From Euprymna scolopes (lineage: Eukaryota): 64,000 bases of DNA. Both the position numbers and the translations under genes were made by a program. The stretch is taken from NCBI GenBank assembly GCA_053919585.1, contig CM132790.1. The stretch is one strand, 5' to 3'. Below, one piece after another: positions 52,128 to 64,000 of the stretch. How positions within the stretch are numbered: position 1 is the stretch's first letter; every line of letters begins with the position of its first letter. Below the pieces are notes generated by a model. The model saw nothing but the letters and a program-made list of their open reading frames with translations. It searched no databases and was not told the DNA's origin.

Positions 52128-53850
52128 TTAAGAGAGATCGTTGACATTTACAGCCTTTGATGTGTTGCCATAGATAGTCGTGTCATCAGTATAGATGTCA
52201 ACGAATGATTTTACTATGTGTTTTGGGAGATCATTGATATACATCAAGAAGAGAGTTGGGCCCAGGATGGACCCCTGAGGGACTCCAGCATTAATACTGT
52301 GGGCCTCTGATTTCTGCCCATCAACCACTACTCTTATGAGCCTATCAGAGAGAAATGATTTAATGATAGAGAAAACATTTCCAAGAAATGATTTAATGAT
52401 AGAGAAAACATTTCCAGTTATACCGTAGCTGGAAATCTTGTGAAGTAGACCCTTATGCCATACTTTAACGAAGGCCTTTGATATGTCAGGAGCAATTGAA
52501 ATGAGACCTTTGTCGAGAGATTTGCTAATTTTATGTGATATAACTGTTAGCACGTCACCTGTAGATCAAGCAGAACGGAAGCCATATTGCGTGCCACTGA
52601 GAAGGTTATTTCTGCTGAGGTGGTTGACTACTTCTCTATTAAATATGGATTCCAGCAACTTACTCATGACACTCAGGAAACTTAATGGTCTGTATTGAAA
52701 GAGAGATGACTTATCACCTGAATTCTTACATACAGGGCACACTGATGAGGTTTTTCAGGGTGTTGGAAAGCACTTCTCCTTAAGGCAATGTTTAAACAGT
52801 TTGGTAAGTATGGGGGTAAGTTCTGGTTGTAGCTTTTTTAATACTATAATTGGAATACCGTCAGGACCAGTTACTTTACTGGAATCAAGGTTCTTGATTA
52901 GCTTGGCGACCTCACGCACAGATATTTGTACGTTACCTTGCGTGTTCTGTGTTGTAGGAGGAAATACGCTGAGTTGATGACCTTCGTCGCATATGGTAGA
53001 ATTTGCTGCAAAGTTCTTTGCAAATAGTTTGGCCTTGTCTGATGCTGACGAGATGACCTTTGGACCATTGATAATGGTTGGGATAGAACGCACGCTTCTG
53101 TTCAGGATCCTATTTGCTATTTGCCAGAACTGCTGGGAACCAAGCCGCTGCTTAGCTACTTTAGATTTAATGGATTGAGCATATAGCTCTCTTGCATTTT
53201 TTATTACTCTTTTACAGTGGTTGCTGGCGTTCCTGAAAACAACTTTAGTCTCAGTGCAGCTATTACGTTGGTAGCTATGGAAAAAGTTATTTATATGTGC
53301 GATGGCAGCAGCACATTCAGGGGAAAACCGTGGCTGGCTGTTAGGTTTTTGTTGGAATTTTTTGGATGGGATTAATTGGTCTATGCCAGCAAGTAACCAT
53401 TCGGTCAGGTCTGATACTATAGAGGACACATCCTTTTTAAACATGGAATGGAGAGGTAGATCAGATATGAATGTACGGAAGCTATCCCAGTCAGCCATAG
53501 AATATCAGTATGCAGTACGGTGGAGAGGTACATCTGTAGTATTATTATATTTCATTTTTATCTTAACTGATACAACAGAGTGGTCGAAGGATCCTAGATG
53601 GGATAGAACGGCACATGAGTATAGCCTTGAGGAGGTGGAGAGAAAAAGGTCAAGAAGGCTTGTGTACTGACCCGTAGTATCGGGCACACGGGTGGGCTCG
53701 TGAGGTCATAGGCAACGGTAAAATCATGAGAGAACCTCCCCTTATCGTCAGTCTTATTTGAGTGGGTCAATCATTCAACATTGTGGACGTTGAAGTCACC
53801 GCAAATGTGAATGTCAACTGTGGGATGAGCAGACATATTTTGAATGGATA
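52128..53850 (-). pseudogene. Decayed LINE ORF2: AP endonuclease, linker and reverse transcriptase
   Basis: Endonuclease motifs IHICGDFNVH, LDLFL and DHSVVSV. RT motifs GPDGIP, DISKAF.KVWH, GVPQGSILGPTLFLMYINDL and YTDDTT. Several frameshifts are present. Confidence 0.92.
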
Positions 53851-53857
53851 GTTTTTG

Positions 53858-53859
<2 letters not shown>

Positions 53860-53913
<54 letters not shown>
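53860..53913. repeat. (TA)n microsatellite
   Basis: Directly visible. Confidence 0.95.
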
Positions 53914-53916
<3 letters not shown>

Positions 53917-53919
53917 CGA

Positions 53920-54152
53920 AGCTGTTTGCTTCCTCGAGAGGAGAGGTATTTATTTTAATTGAAGCCAGGTAGGAATCAGAGCGTTAGTTTTGAAAAATTA
54001 CAAACTTGGTTTCACTTGCATTAAAAATACCAAGCCATCTTTTACCCCATTGTATCTAGTTCTCTGGGGTGAAAAATTGTCGGAGGAGATAGACCAAGAG
54101 AGACCTTAGTCCTTCCTGGCTTTGAGGTGTTGCCATAGATGGCAGTGTCGCC
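53920..54152 (-). pseudogene. Additional decayed LINE RT C-terminal fragment
   Basis: Manual minus-strand translation gives DTAIYGNTSK and, after a frameshift, QWGKRWLGIFNASETK. Confidence 0.6.
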
Positions 54153-55004
54153 TGTGCTTATGGAAGGTAAATATTTGTAGACTTCAGTGTAAGGTCAAAT
54201 GTTATATTCAGTTTATTGGCGATAACATTGAACAATTCATATACATGAACCAACCGAGGAGACTGGACGACATAATGACGCCAATTAGTGATTCTACTCG
54301 TTGCCTGATCGGATATGAATTGTGCTGATAGAATTTTGCGTCTTTGTCCGTTCTTGAAATGAGTAGACTTTAAATAGACATGGTTATTGGCATAATTCAT
54401 AAGCATTACAGTATCGGATGGGGATCAGAACGAGGGTCATTTGTCCTTGGCCGAAGGGCATTTATCTGAGGTAGAATTGGCTGCAGGGATTGATTAATTC
54501 GAGTAAAAGGTTACCACATGAGAATGAGATCAGAATTAAAAGAAATTAATTCTCTCAGGATGACTGACTTTATCGTTGAGTTTAATTTGAGAACATGGGT
54601 GTCTAAAAGCAATAGCAGTTATTCAATGACTACTTTATTCTATGCCATAGACAATGGCGCAAAATTAAATGACAAACGTATACTCCACAAATAATGGGAC
54701 AAAAGCGGAAATAAATACGAATTTATGTTATTGCACTAAATAAAAGTAAATCGATGTTTGTTTACTTAAGAATTTTTGTGTATTTGATTCAATGATACAC
54801 ACTGTATACAAACATATAACTTAGTTCTGGGATTGATTTATGCTTGAAAAAAAATCATGAGTTGTATCAAGGATACACGTGTTTATTTAATAGCGGAAAC
54901 AAATTCTGTTATTTATGTGGAAATCTGACCGTCTACCACTTATTGTTTACTGATTCTACCAAATACTGTCTAAATCAGTTTTGATTCATATTTTGTTTTA
55001 ATTG

Positions 55005-58000
55005 TAATACTATTACAAGTAATTTATACTACAAGTAATTTATATTACAAGTAATTTCTATTACAAGTAATTTATATTACAAGTAATTTCTATTACAAGT
55101 AATTTCTATTACAAGTAATTTCGATTACAAGTAATTTATATTACAAGTAATTTCGATTACAAGTAATTTATATTACAAGTAATTTCTATTACAAGTAATT
55201 TATATTAAAAGTAATTTCTATTACAAGTAATTTCTATTACAAGTAATTTCTATTACAAGTAATTTATATTACAAGTAATTTCTATTAAAAGTAATTTCTA
55301 TTACATGTAATTTATATTACAAGTAATTTATATTACAAGTAATTTATATTACAAGTAATTTATATTACAAGTAATTTCTATTAAAAGTAATTTCTATTAC
55401 AAGTAATTTCTATTACAAGTAATTTCAAGTACAAGTAATTTATATTACAAGTAATTTATACTACAAGTAATTTCTATTAACAGTAATTTCTATTACAAGT
55501 AATTTATATTACAAGTAATTTCTATTACAAGTAATTTCTATTACAAGTAATTTATATAAAAAGTAATTTATATTACAAGTAATTTCTATTACAAGTAATT
55601 TATATTACAAGTAATTTCTATTACAAGTAATTTATATTACAAGTAATTTCTATTACAAGTAATTTCTATTAAAAGTAATTTATATTACAAGTAATTTCTA
55701 TTACAAGTAATTTATATTACAAGTAATTTCTATTACAAGTAATTTCTATTACAAGTAATTTATATTAAAAGTAATTTATATTAAACGTAATTTCTATTAC
55801 AAGTAATTTACATTACAAGTAATTTATATTACAAGTAATTTATATTACAAGTAATTTATATTACAAGTAATTTATATTACATTAATTTCTATTAAAAGTA
55901 ATTTATATTACAAGTAATTTATATTACAAGTAATTTCTTTTACAAGTAATTTCTATTACAAGTAATTTCTATTACAAGTAATTTCTATTACAAGTAATTT
56001 ATATTAAAAGTAATTTCTATTACAAGTAATTTCTATTAAAAGTAATTAATATTACAAGTAATTTATATTAAAAGTAATTTTTATTACAAGTAATTTCTAT
56101 TACAAGTAATTTCTATTACAAGTAATTTATATTACACGTTATTTCTATTACAAGTAATTTATATTACAAGTAATTTATATTACAAGTAATTTATATTACA
56201 AGTAATTTATATTAAAAGTAATTTACATTGAAAGTAATTTCTATTACAAGTAATTTATATTACAAGTAATTTCTATTAAAGCAATTTATATTACAAGTAA
56301 TTTATATTACAAGTAAATTATATTACAATAATTTATATAAAAAGTAATTTATATTAAAAGTAATTTTTATTACAAGTAATTTCTATTACAAGTAATTTCT
56401 ATTACAAATAATTTCTATTACAAATAATTTCTATTACAAGTAATTTATATTACAAGTAATTTATATTACAAGTAATTTCTATTACAAGTAATTTCTATTA
56501 CAAGTAATTTCTATTACAAGTAATTTCTATTACAAGTAATTTATATTACAAGTAATTTCTATTACAAGTAATTTCTATTACAAGTAATTTATATTACAAG
56601 TAATTTATATTACAAGTAATTTATATTACAAGTAATTTCAATTACAAGTAATTTCTATTACAAGTAATTAATATTACAAGTAATTTCTATTACAAGTAAT
56701 ATCTATGACAAGTTATTTCTATTACAAATAATTTCTATTACAAGTAATTTGTATTACAAGTAATTTCTATTACAAGTAATTTATATTACAAGTAATTTAT
56801 ATTACAAGTAATTTCTATTACATGTAATTTCTATTACAAGTAATTTCTATTACAAGTAATTTATATTAAATGTAATTTCTATTACAAGTAATTTCTATTA
56901 CAAGTAATTTATATTACAAATAATTTATATTACAAGTAAATTATATTACAAGTAATTTTTATTACAAGTAATTTATATTACAATAATTTATATTCACATT
57001 AATTTCTATGACAAGTAATTTCTATGACAAGTAATTTCTATTACTAGTAATTTCTATTACACGTAATTTATATTACAAGTAATTTATATTACAAGTAATT
57101 TATATTACAAGTAATTTCTTTTACAAGTAATTTATATTACAAATAATTCATATTACAAGTAATTTATATTACAAGTAATTTCTATTACAAGTAATTTATA
57201 TTACAGCTAATTTATATTACAAGTAATTTATATTACAAGTAATTTCTATTACACCTCCTTTCTATTACAAGTAATTTATATTAAAAGTAATTTCTATTAC
57301 AAGTAATTTATATTAAAAGTAATTAATATTACAAGTAATTTATATTAAAAGTAATTTATATTAAAAGTAATTAATATTACAAGTAATTTTTATTACAAGT
57401 AATTTCTATTACAAGTAATTTCTATTACAAGTAATTTATATTACAAGTAATTTATATTACAAGTAATTTACATTACAAGTAATTTATACTACAAGTAATT
57501 TATATTACAAGTAATTTATATTACCAGTAATTTCTATTACAAGTAATTTATATTACAAGTAATTTATATTAAAAGTAGTTTCTATTACAAGTAATTTATA
57601 TTAGAAGTAATTTATATTACAAGTAATTTATATTACAAGTAAATTGTATAACAATAATTTATATTAAAAGTAAATTATATTAAAAGTAATTTTTATTAGA
57701 AGTAATTTATATTACAAGTAATTTCAATTACAAGTAATTTATATTACAAGTAATTTATATTACAAGTAATTTTTATTACAAGTAATTTATATTACAAGTA
57801 ATTTGTATTAAAAGTAATTTCTATTACAAGTAATTTCTATTTCAAGTAATTTATATTACAAGTAATTTCTATTACAAGTAATTTATATTACAAGTAATTT
57901 ATATTACAAGTAATTTATATTAAAAGTAATTTATATTACAAGTAATTTATATTACAACTAGTTTATATTACAAGTAATTTATATTACAAGTAATTTATAT

Positions 58001-61000
58001 TACAAGTAATTTATATTACAAGAAATTAATATTACAAGTAATTTCTATTACAAGTAATTTATTTTACATTAATTTCTATGACAAGTAATTTCTATTACAA
58101 GTAATTTCTATTACACGTAATTTATATTACAAGTAATTAATATTACAAGTAATTTATATTACAAGTAATTTATATTACAATAATTTCTATTACAAGTAAT
58201 TTCTATTACAAGTAATTTCTATTACAAGTAATTTCTATTACAAGTAATTTATATTACAAGTACTTTATATTACAAGTAATTTCTATTACAAGTAATTTCT
58301 ATTACAAGTAATTTATATTAAAAGTAATTTCTATTACAAGTAATTTCTATTAAAAGTAATTGATATTACTAGTAATTTATATTAAAAGTAATTTATATTA
58401 AAAGTAATTTATATTACAAGTAAATTATATTACAATAATTTGTATTAAAAGTAATTTGTATTAAAAGTAATTTTTATTACAAGTAATTTATATTACAAGT
58501 AATTTCCACTAAAGGTAATTTCTATTACAAGTCATTTCTATTACAAGTAATTTATATTAAAAGTAATTTCTATTACAAGTAATTTATATTACAAGCAATT
58601 TATATTACATTAATTTCTATGACATGTAATTTCTATGACAAGTAATTTCTATTACAAGTAATTTCTATTACACGTAATTTATATTACAAGTAATTTATAT
58701 TACAAGTAATTTATATTACAAGTAATTTCTATTACAAGTAATTTATATTACAAATAATTTATATTACAAAAATTTCTATTACAAGTAATTTCTATTACCA
58801 GTAATTTCTATTATAAGTAATTTATATTACAAGTAATTTCTATTACAAGTAATTTTTATTACAAGTAATTTATATTACAAGTAATTTATATTAAAAGTAA
58901 TTTCTATTACCAGTAATTTATATTAAAAGTAATTAATATTACAAGTAATTTATATTAAAAGTAATTTATATTAAAAGTAATTAATATTACAAGTAATTTT
59001 TATTACAAGTAATTTCTATTACAATAATTTCTATTGCAAGTAATTTCTATTACAAGTATTTTATATTACAAGTAATTTATATTAAACGTAATTTCTATTA
59101 CAAGTAATTTATATTACAACTTATTTATATTACAAGTAATTTATATTACAAGTAATTTATATTACAAGTAATTTATATTACAAGTAATTTCTATTACAAG
59201 TAATTTATATTACGAGTAATTTATATTACCAGTAATTTCTATTACAAGTAATTTATATTACAAATAATTCATATAAAAAGTAATTTCTATTACAAGTACT
59301 TTATATTACAAGTAATTTCTATTACAAGTAATTTATATTACAAGTAATTTATATTACAAGTAAATTATATTACAATAACTTATATTAAAAGTAAATTATA
59401 TTAAAAGTTATTTTTATTACAAGTAATTTATATTACAAGTAATTTCTATTACAAGTAATTTATATTACAAGTAATTTATATTACAATAATTTCTATTACA
59501 AGTAATTTCTATTACAAGTAATTTATATTACAAGTAATTTATATTACAAGTAATTTATATTACAAGTAATTTATATTACAAGTAATTTATATTACAAGTA
59601 ATTTATTTTACATTAATTTCTATGACAAGTAATTTCTATTACAAGTAATTTCTATTACACGTAATTTATATTACAAGTAAATAATATTACAAGTAATTTA
59701 TATTACAAGTAATTTATATTACAATAATTTATATTACAAGTAATTTCTATTACAAGTAATTTATATTACAAGTAATTTCTATTACAAGTAATTTATATTA
59801 CAAGCAATTTCTATTACAAGTAATTTCTATTACAAGTAATTGATATTACTAGTAATTTATATTACAAGTAATTTATATTAAAATAATTGATATTACTAGT
59901 AATTTATATTAAAAGTAATTTATATTAAAAGTAATTTATATTACAAGTAAATTATATTACAATAATTTGTATAAATATAATTTGTATTAAAAGTAATTTT
60001 TATTACAAGTAATTTATATTACAAGTAATTTCTACTACAAGTACTTTCTATTACAAGTAATTTCTATTACAAGTAATTTATATTAAAAGTAATTTCTATT
60101 ACAAGTAATTTATATTACAAGTAATTTATATTACATTAATTTCTATGACAAGTAATTTCTATGACAAGTAATTTCTATGACAAGTAATTTCTATGACAAG
60201 TAATTTCTATTACAAGTAATTTCTATTACACGTAATTTATATTCCAAGTAATTTATATTACAAGTAATTTCTATTACAAGTAATTTATATTACAAATAAT
60301 TTATATTACAAGTAATTTATATTACAAGTAATTTCTATTACAAGTAATTTCTATTACAAGTAATTTATATTACAAGTAATTTCTATTACAAGTAATTTTT
60401 ATTACAAGCAATTTATATTACAAGTAATTTATATTAAAAGTAATTTCTATTACAAGTAATTTATATTAAAAGTAATTAATATTACAAGAAATATATATTA
60501 AAAGTAATTTATATTAAAAGTAATTAATATTACAAGTAATTTTTATTACAAGTAATTTCTATTACAAGTAATTTCTATTGCAAGTAATTTCTATTACAAG
60601 TATTTTATATTACAAGTAATTTATATTAAACGTAATTTCTATTACAAGTAATTTCTATTACAAGTAATTTATATTACAAGTAATTTATATTACAAGTAAT
60701 TTATATTACAAGTAATTTATATTACAAGTAATTTCTATTACAAGTAATTTATATTACATATAATTTATATTACCAGTAATTTCTATTACAAGTAATTTAT
60801 ATTACAAATAATTTATATAAAAAGTAATTTCTATTACAAGTACTTTATATTACAAGTAATTTCTATTACAAGTAATTTATATTACAAGTAATTTATATTA
60901 CAAATAAATTATATTACAATAATTTGTATTAAAAGTAAATTATATTAAAAGTTATTTTTATTACAAGTAATTTATATTACAAGTAGTTTCTATTACAAGT

Positions 61001-63321
61001 AATTTATATTACAAGTAATTTATATTGCAAGTAATTTCTATTACAAGTAATTTATATTACAAGTAATTTATATTAAAAGTAATTTCTATTACAAGTAATT
61101 TATATTACATGTAATTTATATTACCAGTAATTTCTATTACAAGTAATTTATATTACAAATAATTTATATAAAAAGTAATTTCTATTACAAGTACTTTATA
61201 TTACAAGTAATTTATATTACAAGTAATTTATATTACAAGTAATTTCTATTACACGTAATTTATATTACAAGTAATTTATATTACAAGTAATTTATATTAC
61301 AAGTAATTTATATTACATGTAATTTATATTACAATAATTTATATTACAAGTAATTTCTATTACTAGTAATTTATATTACAAGTAATTTCTATTACAAGTA
61401 CTTTCTATTACAAGTAATTTATATTACAAGTAATTTCTATTACAAGTAATTTCTATTACAAGTAATTTATATTAAAAGTTATTTCTGTTACAAGTAATTT
61501 CTATTAAAAGTAATTACTATTACAAGTAATTTATATTAAAAGTAATTTACATTAAAAGTAATTAATATTACAAGTAATTTCTATTACAAGTAATTTCTAT
61601 TACAAGTAATTTATATTACAAGTAATTTATATTACAAGTAATTTATATTACAAGTAATTTATATTACAAGTAATTTATATTAAAAGTAATTTAAATTGAA
61701 AGTAATTTCGTTTACAAGTAATTTCTATTACAAGTAATTTATATTACAAGTAATTTCTATTACAAGTAATTTCTATTACAAGTAATTTCTATTACAAGTA
61801 ATTTATATTACAAGTAATTTCTATTACAAGTAATTTCTATTACAAGTAATTTCTATTGGAAGTAATTTCTATTAACAGTAATTTCTAGTACAAGTAATTT
61901 ATATTACAAGTAATTTATATTACAAGTAATTTCTATTACAAGTAATTTCTATTTCAAGTAATTAATATTACAAGTAATTTCTATTACAAGTAATTTCTAT
62001 TACAAGTAATTTCTATTACTAGTAATTTCTATTACAAGTAATTTATATTACAAATAATTTATATTACAAGTAAATTATATTACAAGTAATTTATATTACA
62101 AGTAATTTCTATTACAAGTAATTTCTATTACAAGTAATTTCTATTACAAGTAATTTATATTAAAAGTAATTTCTATTACAAGTAATTTATAATACAAGTA
62201 ATGTCTATTACAAGTAATTTATATTACAAGTAATTTATATTACAAGTAATTTCTTTTTCAAGTAATTTATATTACAAGTAATTTATATTACATTAATTTC
62301 TATGACAAGTAATTTCTATGACAAGTAATTTCTATTACAAGTAATTTCTATTACACGTAATTTATATTACAAGTAATTTATATTACAAGTAATTTATATT
62401 ACAAGTAATTTCTATTACAACTAATTTATATTACAAATAATTTTTATTACAATAATTTCTATTACAAGTAATTTCTATTACATGTAATTTCTATTACAAG
62501 TAATTTATATTACAAGTAATTTCTATTACAAGTAATTTATATTACAAGTAATTTCTATTACAAGTAATTTATATTAAAAGTAATTTCTATTACAAGTAAT
62601 TTATATTTAAAGTAATTAATATTACAAGCAATTTATATTACAAGTAATTTATGTTAAAAGTAATTAATATTACAAGTAATTTTAATTACAAGTAATTTCT
62701 ATTACAAGTAATTTCTATTGCAAGTAATTTATATTACAAGTAATTTATATTACAAGTAATTTCTATTACAAGTAATTTATATTACAAGTAATTGATATTA
62801 CCAGTAATTTCTATTACAAGTAATTTATATCACAAGTAATTTATATTAAAAGTAATTTCTATTACAAGTAATTTATATTACAAGTTATTTCTAATACAAG
62901 TAATTTATATTACAAGTAATTTCTATTACAAGTAAATTGTATTACAATAATTTATATGTAAAGTAAATTATATTAAAAGTTATTTTTATTACAAGTAATT
63001 TATATTACAAGTAATTTCTATTACAAGTAATTTATATTACAAGTAATTTATATTACAAGTAATTTCTATTACAAGTAATTAATATTACAAGTAATTTATA
63101 TTAAAAGTAATTCATATTACAAGTAATTTCTATTACAAGTAATTTATATTACAAGTGATTTATATTACAAGTAATTTATATTACAAGTAATTTCTATTAC
63201 AAGTAATTTCTATTACAAGTAATTTCTAGTACAAGTAATTTCTATTACAAGTAATTTCTATTACAAGTAATTTATATTACAAGTAATTTATATTACAAGT
63301 TATTTATATTACAAGTAATTT
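55005..63321. repeat. 17-bp satellite array, consensus ATTACAAGTAATTTMT with an extra A/T spacer (TATTACAAGTAATTT[A/C]), about 490-520 copies
   Basis: Short (16-17 bp) tandem periodicity is directly visible over ~8.3 kb, with stop codons throughout and both array ends inside the window. The exact period should be confirmed with TRF. Confidence 0.98.
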
Positions 63322-63587
63322 GTTTCCTGTTCTTAGCTATTTATGTATTTATGTTGCGTTATGTTGATTTAACTGCAAAATTTCAAAATGTTTTCGTAAC
63401 CGCTTTTAGAAAGATAGATTTTCTTTTCAAACGTCATTATCTAATTTTTAACACGTGATAGACACTTATGTAAATTAGATGATAAAATTAGAAAAAGATA
63501 CAATTTTGTGTGAAGATAATAAAATATAATTATATATCTACTGCATAATAAGGGAAACACCGGAATAAAAATATTTGACAAGTCAAA

Positions 63588-63588
<1 letters not shown>

Positions 63589-63657
<69 letters not shown>

Positions 63658-63661
63658 ATAT
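63589..63661. repeat. (TA)n microsatellite
   Basis: Directly visible. Confidence 0.95.
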
Positions 63662-64000
63662 TCATTTTTATACTATGAAAAGCTTAGTAATTGCAATTAA
63701 GAATAGGAAATTGGATCAAATGTTTGTAACATATCTTATTCCTAAGATTAAGGGTGGTGGTGTTTGATCAACACTGCTGGGGAGCCATGATGTAATATAC
63801 TGCTTTGTTTTCAAATCCCCGAAACAGTGTTTCATGGTAAACAACTGGTAATCCCTTGAAAAAAATGGTATTATAGTAAATTCGAGAGAGTTGATGCAGT
63901 GATTGCAGGTGATTAAATGACTTACTGACTAGATGTTTTTTTAACGAATGATAAAAAGTCATTTTTTGTATAGTTTTAAAGGTTAAAAACTTCAAAGACT

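Noticed and set aside
55005-63321. Telomeric repeat or CRISPR array
   Set aside because: There is no G-rich strand and no spacers, and unique sequence flanks both sides.

Overview
AT-rich eukaryotic (animal-like) heterochromatic or intergenic DNA, with no host protein-coding gene I can support. Two satellite arrays dominate. A 42-bp array covers 1-~34150 (about 810 copies, open at the left edge), and a 17-bp array covers ~55005-63321 (about 490 copies). The long ORFs in the 42-bp array are repeat artefacts. Between the arrays lies a ~21 kb island of transposons: an apparently intact Tc1/mariner DD34E element with 211-bp IR/DR-type TIRs, a decayed Tc3-like element, several CR1/L2/Jockey-type LINE fragments, probable Helitron termini, micro/minisatellites and a 209-N gap. 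The most striking unannotated feature is a 178-bp near-perfect palindrome (39249-39426) in which each arm encodes a type I hammerhead ribozyme, so two ribozymes sit back-to-back on opposite strands. A second, degenerate inverted pair of minimal Penelope-type hammerhead motifs lies at ~42950-43330. All calls were made by eye, without database searches.
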